64,000 nt of DNA from Chlorokybus atmophyticus (Eukaryota; Plantae; Mesostigma and Chlorokybus algae), in NCBI GenBank assembly GCA_009103225.1, contig RHPI01003642.1:24853-88852 (forward strand), in the 5' to 3' direction. Positions 37,478-49,500 of this stretch are shown in pieces; the first letter of the stretch is position 1; each line of letters begins with the position of its first letter. Below the pieces are notes generated by a model. That model worked only from the letters and a program-made list of their open reading frames with translations. It made no database searches and was not told the origin of the DNA. The position numbers and the translations under genes were made by a program.

Positions 37478-38106
37478 GGCGCTGCAGCCACCTGCAGACA
37501 GTGCACAAAGTTGCAAAAATTCAGGACACCAAGCCACGTCCGTGTGACAGCAAGCCAACGGTAGCGATCTGCACGCCTGCCGACTAGCAGTCCCTCCCCC
37601 CCCCCCCTGCCCCCATCACCACGACCGCAAGCAAAGGAACCCAAAGTGACTACGATTGAGTTCAAGCGGTAGCAGTCAAGACTCTTGCCTTGGGGACCAC
37701 GACAAGGTTCGCAGTTCCAGCAGTGGTTTGCAGTGTGGCCAACAGCTTCCCGTTGTCCAACTCCCTTGACCGCTCAGAAAGCGGGATGTCTGACATTGGC
37801 CTCGAGGGCGTCTGGACGGCAACTGTCGCCAGCCATCGCCTTGCAGGCACAGAGGCTGCTCTCTTGCCACTGAACCGAGACACCTGCGCAAACGCACGCA
37901 GTCATGCAACGAGCATAGCTGCAAATTTGCACTTGAGCTGAGCACCAATAATGTGTGTCTGGTGTTAGGAAGATGGTTTGGTAGTTGGAGACGCGAGCAG
38001 AATTGTTGCAACTAACCAGCTGCAGCTGGCGCTGGTGTGGTCGCTGGATGCATGTTGCCCGTGCAACAAGTAGGCAAGCCCGAGGCGCCGCCACTGTGCT
38101 TGCCAT
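37478..38106 (-). pseudogene. Duplicated 5' exons of the SAM methyltransferase gene (likely assembly artefact)
   Basis: Identical to 32207-32835 and cut at the n (37477). Confidence 0.7.
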
Positions 38107-41100
38107 GCTTGAGACACCGCCTGCTGGGGCAGCAGCAGCAGCAAGAGTTTAGCGTTGACAAGCAAGACAGTCTAGTCTGCGATCCCAGTCAGCCGGACAC
38201 CAAAAATTGAGGCAAAATCTTGTACTGAAAGTGGACTTTTGTCAAACCTACCACATTCTAGCATGCCAGTGCGGTGCGGAGCACTGTGATGAAAGTTGTC
38301 ACATGCATGTCGCATACTCTGCATGCTGCGGCAGCGACGTTGCGCAAACGGCACAAGCTACGACGTGCTTGCAGACCGGAACCACAACAGTAACGACTAC
38401 AGCAATGTACGTAGGAGGTGCTCACAACCGCCTACGTCTGCCAGCTGGGAGCATGCAAGTCTCTTAAGGTTAAACATGCACCACCCCAACCTGAGGTTTT
38501 CACGCCGCAGCGCCTCCTCTCAAGCTCAGGACGATGCTACCGCCTGCTAGTGCAACAGGCAAGTGCCAGCGCAGCGAGTCTGCCTGAGCCTACCTGACCC
38601 CACGTCACCACTGGCTCTTGCTGCCCGAGGCTCACTCTGCTTACACCAACTTCGGACAAAAGTGGTGTGCTTAATCAAGCAGTTGTGAGAGAGATCTACC
38701 CGTCGATGTGGCGCTGCTGAACGGCCGAAGTGGCGGCCACGCTGTGCGCTGGGCGAGTGGTGGCAAGCGTGGGATATCGGACGTACGGAATCTGATCAGT
38801 AGGTAGGCCTAGCCTAGTGTGCCCATTGGAAGACGCCAGTCTCACGTGGCACTGTCGCCGCCGTCGCTGACGTCTGACTGCACAGTATCACTGTCGCACA
38901 AGCGTAAGCGTGACGCTGCAAATGGCGAAGTCGGTCACAAGTTGTGACCAAGTCGCCAGTTGTGACTCGCAACTAGATTGCTGGTTGAAACTTGAAGTTC
39001 AACCCCGCTTCAGAATGCTGGAGGATTACCTAGGCATATAAGTATAAACGTCTATAAAACATGCATTAACGTCTACTGACATACCTATAGCCAACGACGG
39101 TCTGGACGCTTATGCTTGGCGATACGCATAAAGGTTTGGGCGTATGCATGACACATGCATTATTAAAGAATTCATTGCTTTACACACATGTGAAAATATA
39201 ATTGCTTGTTGATTCATATTCTTTGTACTTCATGATTATTCCACGAAAGGCCCCGAACACCCTGCTTGCGACACCTCGGAGCACGGCTTCAATGTCATCA
39301 TGATGTACAGTCCTGTAACAATTGGGGCCTGACCACTAGGCCATGGTAGTAAAAGACACTACCATGAGTGAGGTCTGTCACAATAAATCCCAATTCGTGA
39401 CTTTCCTCCCCAATTTATCCCGTGAGTTCCTCATAATCCAATGAGGCACTAGCCCACATCACCGTGTTCGCGGCCGTACCACGATTGGCCTGCCCGCGGC
39501 CTGTTGGATCCGGCCCACGAACGGTCCTGACCGATCGAACGGCCATCCTCACCACGCGACCTGCCATCGCAGCGCGACCGCTCACGCGGCCTTATGTTGA
39601 TCTGGCTCGGCACGCAGGTTGTGATCCCGCGCCCAGCCTAGGGCAAGCCGCCCCAAATGTTTTTGTTTTTGCCTTGGATCTGCCTCAGTCCCCTACGGAA
39701 ATTGAACATGAGACGTCAAGCTCCTTTACCATTGTAACAATTGGGGCCCGACCACTAGGCTATGGTAGTAAAAGACACTACCATGAGTGAGGTCTGTCAC
39801 AACTTATCCCAATTCGTGACATCCGGTATGAAGGGTGTGAAATTGTATTCACAAAACCAACCCTTGAGAGGCAGTCCGGTGGCAACATCGGCTGCCGTTA
39901 CCGCCGGTCAGTGCGGTGAGGCCGCCAGAGTTACTTCGTGCTGCCGATATCAAACTCACAACTCACAACTCGCTGATATCAACCTGTAGGGTTGATTCAA
40001 CGAGATTTTCGCACCCTGTGTGTCAATTTCAATTGTGGGTTGAGCTGAGTTGTACAAAGTGAAAACTTTGACAAGTTGTATCTTGTGAATCGCCGCGTGG
40101 ATTCACGTGCGGTTTGTTTGAGAGTGAGTGTCTAGTTGAAAGGTGTGTGGAGAGCTCTTATTTGAGCTGAATACTCCACGTTAAGCACTTGAAACTTGAC
40201 AAGACAAAAACTATAAATTCTGACACTTTTGCAGTGCACAACTTGCGTGTTTGTGCACTTCTACTATTGACGGCTTGTATTCTTGGGCAGATGTCTGACT
40301 CAGGAGGGGATGATGTGGAGTAGTCCACATCATATGAGCCATCGAGTGAAGAGGAAGTGAACTACTCTGACACGAGTGAAAGCTATAAGCTTACTGACAG
40401 TGAGAAGGAAGGAGCTAAGCAAGACAGCGAAGCTTCTCCCAACCAGTCTTCTCACAGTGAACCAGCTGCAGTGGACACACAGAGTGTCATTGGCGGGGCC
40501 ATTGAGAAGTATGCCTCAGAGCGTAAAGCTCTACTTGCTGCCCACCCTCAGCTTTGTCAGGAAACGTGGGATGCATGGGCGCAGACGGTTCGTGATGGCT
40601 ATGAGACAGACTTTGCCACACTCCCTGGTGCAAGCAAGGAGATGGTGATCCGCATGCTCGAACTTGAGCTGACGAACAACATCCCGCCACTCGTGCGAGG
40701 TAATCCAAAGGTGGCTGCTATCATGACCGTATATGATAAACCTCTCCCTTACCAAGGCAAGCGAATGGCGTTTGAGGCTTTGGCCAACTTGGGAGTGGAA
40801 ACCTCACAGCGTTGCAAGAACGTGTTCTGATACTTGGGACCTAACTTGGAAGACAATTTGACTGGCTGAGTGCAGTTGACGGCACGCCTCGATGCTATGC
40901 AGTCTGAGTTGGTGGCGCTGCACCAACAGGTTGCGGGTGCTACTTCAGCAGTCGGTGCATCAGCGGGGCTGCCGGTTACAGCGCTGAACAAGCTAGAGAA
41001 GTTCAAGCCCAACGGCAGTGTCAGCATCCATGATTGGGTGGTCACTGTCGAGCACTACATGACGGCACTCAAGCGCCCGGTTAATGAGCGCATTGCTGTT

Positions 41101-42380
41101 GCTGAGTTGCTCATGCCATCTGATGCTCTCGCCGAATGGGCGAGGCAGACAGAAGATGGTGCTGCCAAGACAGTGGAGGCACTTTTTTAGTTCATGATGG
41201 AACGCTATATGGTGGCATGGACCCGGCTACTCAGGCTCGCAACAAGCTCAGCAAGTTGCGCCAGAATGGTCGGGCGGCCTCAGCCTATCTGCAGAAGTTT
41301 CAGGCATTGGTGGGTCGTGCAAACAGCGGCCTCATGCCCATGGACAAGGCCGAGCAATTTAAGTTCAACTTAAATGTACAAGTTGTACAAGCGCGGCTTA
41401 GATGCGCGTGTGCGTGATCAGCTGCAGTACAACACGGCAACGGAACTTTCTTGGGTTCCAGAGGACTTGGCCAAGCTGCAGAAGCTGAGCGTGTACCTGT
41501 ACAATGATGACACGGCGGTGCAGGACAAGTCACATGTGGCAGTTTCGACCAAGCCGCCGGGGGAAGGAGAAAAGCGTTTCTCTCATCCGAGTGCACACAT
41601 GGCAAAGAAGGCGAAAATATTTGGTGCGTCTACCAGTGGCGCACCTGCTAGTGGTGCCATGCCTGCTGCTGCTCGCACCTGTTACGTCTGTTATCAGCCT
41701 GGCCACATCGCAAAGAACTGCCCAACCAAGGGGAAGGGCAAGGCCAAGAAGGTTGAATAGGATTACGCCGTGACTGATGTAGGATTGGTTGATAACCAGT
41801 TGCTTGTACTAAAAGCAAATTGGTTTAGTGAGCTGTCCCAAGTGCATGTGATGACGCATGCATGGCAAGCACATAGCAGGTTGCCCCTTTTTGATGTTGA
41901 ACAGGTGGAAGAGAATACTTGTGTTGTGGTACATGTGGAGTTCAACGTGCTTACCGATGTGTTGCACACTTTGACTGAGTTGCAAAGTAAGCACAGAACC
42001 TTAGGTGTGGTAGTGATGGTGCCTAAATATCATGGCCCATGGTTGAAACACACTCGAGGGGGAACTGTGTTGAAGCAGTTTAGCAAGCGTGAAACAGGGA
42101 CAGTGCGATTGTCATCAATTTTACTCAACCCTCGCATTAGTCACGGACTCTTTGCTACTTTTCAAGGACGGGTTGTACCTCTGTTGTGGACATTCAGTGG
42201 CACAATGCAAGGGATAACCAGTTCGTTCTTGATTGACACTGGTGCAACACACAACTTTTTTAAGGAACGATGGGTTATGCGCAATAAGATAGCGTGTAAA
42301 CCCTCAGCATTTTCAGCTGCCGGTGCTGAGGGTACGTTGCTAGTGAAAGGAGAAGTTAAAATGACGGTATAGATTGGTAG

Positions 42381-42619
42381 TGTCGTGCCTGTTATGGTCG
42401 AGGGCAACCTTGTCTCGGACAGGCTGCGGAGGAGTGCTAGTGCTGCACGCATGCTAGTGCCGTGCACTGCATTGGAGTCATGCAAACAAAAGACAACCCC
42501 CCAATCGTGGGCATAGGCTTGAAGATGGGCCTACGCGATGTTTAGTGTAGTGGACGAGCCGATGCCGCTCGCCACCTTTGTGTACAGACTGTGCCGTAGT
42601 GCACACAGTCAACAAGCCA
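42381..42619 (-). repeat. Partial (239-bp) LTR unit of the DNMT-gypsy family abutting the broken protease (also 37110-37348)
   Basis: Matches the PPT-proximal 239 bp of the 891-bp unit, with about 7 substitutions versus 43272-43510. Confidence 0.85.
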
Positions 42620-43510
42620 CTACGATAGGTAGTGCTGTGGACACAGTTCTTTGCATGAGTGGATAGAATGATACACTGTTAAGTGAGGTGAATGAGTGTG
42701 CAACACGTGGAAACAACACCCTGACTACTGAAACAACACACCACCGACAAGCTCACAGCAATGACAGGCACAGCGCACAAGAGCATGCACCGTGTCTCAC
42801 GCAGTAAGGGAATTCTTGGCAACCGGGGCAGCGTGCTTCCAGTTCAAGTCGCTTCACAAGCTCTTTAGAAACAGAGTCTTTACTTCTTAGTACTCCTAGT
42901 ACTCACAGTACTCACTTACAGTGTCACCAGCCAGTCTGGTGACGTGACTTCCTACTTATACATGTCAAATCATGACTGTGCAGTGCCACGCGGGCACTAG
43001 GCCAACGGTCACATCGAGGCCTCATGCTATTTCGGAAATCTCCTAAGACTTGATATAGCACATGTGTTCTTAACAGACTTGCAACTGATCAGCTACGCGC
43101 GGTCCCTACAGACAGGTCTATAAAGTAGCCCTAGCTACATGCTACATGAGTGGTACAGTAGCTAGCAGTAGGCTGGGGCTCGCGCGGTCTTCATGCTGGT
43201 AGCCCGGGCGTGGGGCTGGGTGTAGGCATGCTTGAGAAGAACTGGCATGCGAGGGTAGATGGCATGACAGCTGTCGTGCCTGCCATGGTCGAGGGCAACC
43301 TTGTCTCGGACAGGCTGCGGAGGAGTGCTAGTGCTGCACGCATGCTAGTGCCGTGCACTGCATTGGAGTCATGCAAGCAAAAGACAACCCCCCAATCGTG
43401 GGCATAGGCTTGAAGATGAGCCTACGCGGTGTTTAGTGCAGTGGACGAGCCGATGCCGCTCGCCACCTTTGTGTACAGACTGTGTCGTAGTGCACACAGT
43501 CAACAAGCCA
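42620..43510 (-). repeat. 3' LTR (891-bp unit) of DNMT-gypsy copy 1
   Basis: Begins TGGCTTG on the minus strand directly after the G7 PPT (43511-43517). Near-identical to 52935-53825 and 53826-54716. Confidence 0.92.
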
Positions 43511-43556
43511 CCCCCCCTGAGATTCTGGGGTAGCCCTCTGCTCCAGAACTCAGTTC

Positions 43557-46500
43557 CTACCGACTGTGTGGGGGACCGTTGATGCGGCAGTCATCGCACC
43601 AGTACTCCCACAAGGGTACTGCGTCCAGTGGAGGGTCAAGGCAGTAGCAGTGCATGCCTTGATTACAGCCGTCGCATAACATCATCAATGGGTCGTCGTC
43701 GGCGCTGCCACACTTCTCGCATCGGGTGCTGCGCAGCGGACGCGGGTGCTGGATCTTGGTGAAGCCAGCAATGTAGGGGAGATGACAGGGCGCGCAGTTG
43801 ACCATGTTGTCTTTCATGCGCTCGCCTCGTTGTCCCAACAGGTCCAGTACCCCTGTGGGGTGCACCTTCAATACCTTGTAGACAGCACGCCCGACGGAGG
43901 TATCGAGGGTGTCGCGTGTAGACGCCATACGGTAGACGAAGTCTCCTGACTCGAAGCGGCGTTCCCGCTCCTTGTAGAAACCACTGCGCACACGCTCGTA
44001 ACGCAGCGTGTCGCGGTGCTGCGCGATGCGCAGGTTGTTGAAGGCCATGGGGACTGTGTGTTCGAACAGCGCACTGCGCACTGTCAGATCATACAACATC
44101 TCGTCAGGGTTGTCGAGATTGTCCACCACTCTGTCGACCTCCTGCTGTGCGCGAAAAGGGAGCAATGGTTGCCTTCCGAACAGTAGATAGTATGGGCTGT
44201 ACTCTCGCAGGGCTGCCTGCTTGGACAGCCGGTAGCCCATTGCTACCCATGGGAGGTGATCATCCCAGGTATTCTTCTCGTAGGCGAGGACGTACTTGCG
44301 CAGTGCCTTCTTGATGGTCTGCACGGTACGCTCGGCGAGGCCGTCGGCCTGTGGGTGGTCGCGTGAGGTGCGACGGTGGTCGATGAAGCATCTGTCGACA
44401 AGCTTGTCGAAGGCTCCTCTGAACTCCGTGCCCTGGTCGGTGATGACTTCCGCACAGCTGCCGAAGCGTCCGAGTACATGGGAGAGGAAAGCCTGGGCTA
44501 CTCCCTCACTGCTCTTGTCGGGCAGGGGCACCAGCTCCACCCACTTGGAGAAGTGCTCGATCATGACGACGATGTAGCGGATGCCTCGCGCTAAGGGCGC
44601 TAGGTCTCCGAGGATGTCCAGTCCCCAGCGGTAGAACAACCCGGAAATGGGAAGGGGATGCAAGGTGGCATTGCGCGTATTGAGGCTGGCGCGAACCATG
44701 TCACACTGCTGACAGTTGCTGACGAACTCCCGCACCTGTCTGTGCACCCCATACCACCAGTACTGGGTCCTGACCAGGCTGACCGTGCGCTTGACACCGA
44801 AGTGCCCGAGCTCGGTGTGAAGGGAGGAGATGATGCCTTCACGTGCAGCTGGTGTGGGGACCTCCTGATCTGCATCTTGTATCCGTCGATACAGCCTGTC
44901 GTTGGCCCAGCGGTAACGCTGAGTGCGTTGTCGGACGCGGTCCTTCTCGCGTGCGCTCATGCCTGCTGGAAGTTGTCCAGTCTGAAGCAGTGCGAGCGAT
45001 GGCTCGTCCAGCCAGATGTCTTGTCATGTGTAGGTGGGTGCCAGCTCCTCATCATCCACCTCAGGGTCGGCAGCGATTGCTTCTTCTGATAAAGGATCGG
45101 TGGTGGTGATGGCGGGCTCGAGAGCGGGCATGTCCCCGTCTGCTGCTGCCTCAGCAATCTGAGTCCTGCGTCCTAAGCGTAGCGCAGCGACAGCGAACAT
45201 GGTGGCCACACCTGTAGGTGCAGCTGTAGGACCCAACTCATGTCGGGCGCCTGTGGCGTCGTTGGTGCTGAGGTGGGGGTTACGGCTGAGGCCATCCGCA
45301 TCCTGGTTGGCAAGGCCTGCGCGGTGTTCCACCTCGAAGTCGTACTCCTGGAGCAGCAGCGCCCATCGTGCTAACTTTCCTGTCAAGTGCTGGTTGTTCA
45401 TTAGCCACTTGAGGGGTTGATGGTCAGTGACCAGTTGGAACTGCCGTCCAAACAGAAAGGGTCGGAAGAAGGAGATGGCCCACACTGCGGCGAGACACTC
45501 CCCTTCGTAACTGCTGTAGTTGGCCTCAGCACTGTTGTTGCTGCGGCTGGCGTACGACACAACGCGCTCCTTCTTGTTGTTGTCGTGCTGTACGAGCACG
45601 GCCCCATGCCGAGCTTGCTCCAGTCTGTGTGCAGGATGAACGACCTGGTGTAGTCAGGGCGTTGCAGAATGGGAGCTGTGGTGAGGAGGAGCTTCAGTTC
45701 CTGAAAGGCCTCCTGTTGTGCCTCCTTCCACAAGAACTCGGTGTCCTTCTTCAGTAGTTCGTTGAGAGGCCTTGCGATCTTGGCAAAGTCCTTGACAAAT
45801 CGGCGGTAATAGTTGGCAAGGCCGAGGAAGGCCCGCAGCCGCGTGAGGTCTGTGGGGGCAGGGATAGCCACCAGTGCCTCCACTTTGGCCTGCTGTACGT
45901 ACACACCATGGGGCACAATCATGTGTCCTAGGTAGGGTACCTTGTGGGTGAAGAAGGTGCACTTGTCAGGGTGCACCGTCATCCCGACTTCCTTCAGCCT
46001 CTGTAGCACCTCTTCGATGTGCTGGAGATGCTCCTCATTGCTGTGACTGAAGATGAGGATGTCGTCGATGTAGCAGCGTGCGAAGTCCAACCCCTTGAGG
46101 GCTTTGTCCATGACGCGCTGGAACTTGGCCGGAGCGTTCTTCAGCCCGAAGGGCATGACCTTCCACTGGTACAGCTGCCGGTTTCCCCAGAAGGAAGTCT
46201 TGTGCTTGTCCTCCTCCTTGATGGCGATCTGGTTGTACCCTTGGCGCATATCCAAGATGCTAAAGACCGTGCATTCTCCTACATCGTCAAAGATGCCTTC
46301 TGCGGTAGGCATTGGATACCGGTCCTGCTTGGTCTTGTTGTTGAGGGGGCGATAGTCGCCACACATGCACCGGTCTGTCCAGTTGCCTACTGAATCTTTC
46401 TTCAGGGGCATGACGGTCGCGGCCGCAAAGTCCGATGTGGACTCCTCGATCAGGCCTGCATCTAGCAGCGCCTTGCACCTCTGTTCCACCAAGTCTTCTT

Positions 46501-49500
46501 CTAGCTTGGAGAGGCGGTACTGTCTTCTGAACACCGGTTCGGTGTCCACTAGTTCAATGTCCATCTGGTATGCTGAGCAGATGCCCAGCTCCTTCACACT
46601 GAAGCTGAATTGGCTCCTCCACTTGTTGAGGAGAGCCTCGAGTTGCTCTCGAGTCTGGCCTGTGGCCAGCGGTCCAATGGCGTGGGACCACGAGGTAGCA
46701 TTGGCGACCACTGGAATGTCTTCCACAGTGACTGCTGCCTGCTCCTCCATGTGGGCGGTCTCGAGGGCGGTGTGTGCTGCTTTGGTCTCTGAGAAGCGAG
46801 CAATCCACCCCCCAGCCAGGTGTTCAAGCTCCTAGAAGGACACATGGCGGTCCTGGAGAGCAAAGCACATTTCCAAGTACCACACCATGCTGTTCTGATC
46901 CATGGCGCGTCCTAACAACTGACATTGTTGACTGGTTGTCAGTGTGGAGCCTGTGATGCTGCCTGGAAAGAATCCCATAGCACGCTCGCGCTCACGAGCG
47001 TTGGGTTCTTCCAGCTGTCTAGTGTTGGAGTCTAACACCATGCCGTCGCCTCCATTGCGGAACGCGTAGGAGCCTGGATAGGATACAAGCGTGGGTAGTG
47101 CGCGGCGCGGCTGACCAGGCTGGTTGCACTGGTAGAAGTGGTGGTGGTCACGGCGTGTGACTGGTTGCGCTGTGCGTCCAGGGTCCAGGATGTCATTGAC
47201 GACGAGATTTCGTGGCCGATTGCTGTATAGGTACTCCGCCAGAAACAGGTCTTCCACAACGGCCAGGTTGGTCCACTTGGCGCGGACGCGGTGTGCACGA
47301 GATCCATGACGCGCGGCATTGATTTTGAGAGGATGCCCCAGCAAGGAGCATACTTGCCGATAGGCCTTGGCGACGTGATGCCGCTTGTCATCCTCAGAGT
47401 GCACATTTTCGATGATGTACCCCAAGGGTCTAGCGATCTGACTGGTCTGTAGGAGTTTGATGACTCTCATTAGCTCCCAGAACAGCTGTGAGCGAGGATC
47501 AGAGAGCCCTTGGCCTCTGCCTGCCCTGGAGTGCCCTTGACACTCCCATCCTGCTATCAGCAGGTCAATGTTGCCGACTGCCTGCAGGTGATCCTTGGTA
47601 ATCCAGCGGATGTCCTGCGGTAGAGCCTTCTGGCTCCCTTGCAGTGCCGACAGCGGTAGCTGCTGCGGGTAGCGCTGGTGCAGCTGTCGTAAATGATGGC
47701 TCAGAGCCTCCTGTGCATGAGGGTCAGTGTCACAGCAGAGGTACTTGGTGACTGTTGTTCCTGTGTTGAGGACAGCCGCAAGCCCACTGCCTATGCCTCC
47801 GAACAGCTCCAGCACGGTGATGCTCTGTTGTCAGCGGAACATGTGGAACTCCACAACTCCCGTAGCTATATGGTACTGCTCCTGCACTGTAGCCTGGTCT
47901 TTGTAGACAGGAAAGTGTGCAGTGAGCTGAGGCCTGGTCAGCAGCATGTGTGCTGCTACTTGTGCGCTCCAGCGACGCTCGGATGGCTCCTGAAAGGCCA
48001 CTTCATTGTTGACAGTCTCCTGAGACTCATCGTACGGTGTAGGAGAGTCCTCCTCAGCGTTTAGGCTCGGGCTCGAGCTTGCAGTTGTCCTTGGCTGCGT
48101 TCGGGCACGAGGCACACGTGAGCGTTTTGTAGAACTGTAGGTGGCTGCTGCGGCCAATCTTCGTTGCGAGCGGACTTTGGCCACCAGTTCGAGAGGTAGG
48201 AATCCCTGCTCCTCTCCATCATCCTCATCCCAATGTGGTCGAAACCATGCCTGCTCAGTCCAGCAGTCCAGCCCTATGCCGATAGGGAAGTTGCAGTCCT
48301 GTCCCAACAGTAGGTCAAAGGACCCGGCATCGGTGACCACACACCTTTGTACAATCTCGGTGCTGTGGGAAGGGTTTAGTCCGGTGAGGCGGATGCTCAC
48401 AGCCTGCTTGGTAAGGCCGAGTACCTTGTCGCGGTTGCCGGTTGCGGTGTCCAGCTGGTAGGGACAAGGAAGCAGCTCAGCGCTGGTGATGCCGAGATCT
48501 CGTGCGAGATAGCGCCCAATGATGACAGGCTGTGCTCCAGTGTCCAGCATCACGCGTTTGGGTGCTTGCCCATTGACGTTCACGTGCTTGCCTTGGTTGG
48601 CGATCATGGCTGCATTGGCGTTGATGCGCAGCCTCTTGAAGCGACGGAACCTCTTGCGTGGAGAGACTGTTGCTTTACTCTCATCTGTGGGGCCTGACCG
48701 TAGGGCAGCCAGGGCTCCTCTGCCTGATGGATCTTGTGGGCCTCCTTGTCCTCGGCTTTGTCCAAACCGTCCTTGTCGCGGTTGCTGGTACACGCGTGGT
48801 GGCCTAGGCACTGGAGGTGCTGCTGCAACCTGTCCAAGTGGAGGTGCAGGAGGGTTGACCCTCTGTGCAGCTGTTGTCATGCCAGGAGGAGTGGCCAGTG
48901 GCTGTGGCGGGAACCCTGGAGGACCTGGTGTTTGCGGGACTGCCTCTCGTGCAGCCTGCTCCTCTGCATAGGTCCATCGCACAGCATGGGCTGCCTCTCT
49001 GACTAGTGTACCTTCCCATGTCGCCGTCGCATTGTTGTCCACGTCTATATAGCGATGGTTCTGAGGCATGGGCTGCAGGTACACTGCGCGTAGGAGCCGC
49101 GCCCTCATGTCGTGAGTAATGGTGGGCACCCTGAGGATCCCTGCCATGTACGCATCCCATCTGCCGTTGACCACTCCCACTTCCAGCACTGTTATTGCTC
49201 GTGTGCGTACAGTGAGGCGGGTTTCTGGCTGTTGGACATGCTGCTCGTAAGCAGCGGCGATGCGCCTGCGCTGACGTCCTGCCTCCACTCCTGGCAAACT
49301 CAGTATCGCCTCCAGAGCTCCCTCCAGAGTGTCAGTGGCGGCGGAAGCCACTTCATCATAGGCTTGCCGTATGGAGCGAAGGAATGCGTCCACCCACGCT
49401 ATTCTGGCGCCGAAAGCGAACAACGGGACTGCGGGATGGTTGGTGACCAGCCACGTCACTAACCGTGCGCGTGCCGCGTTGCCATTGTCTCGCATCCCAA

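Larger units (their letters stand above)
32207..42747. repeat. 5271-bp direct duplication (32207-37476 / 37478-42747) joined by a single n
   Basis: All ORFs recur at offset +5271. The n is at 37477. I noticed only one mismatch (37441 T vs 42712 A). Confidence 0.95.
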
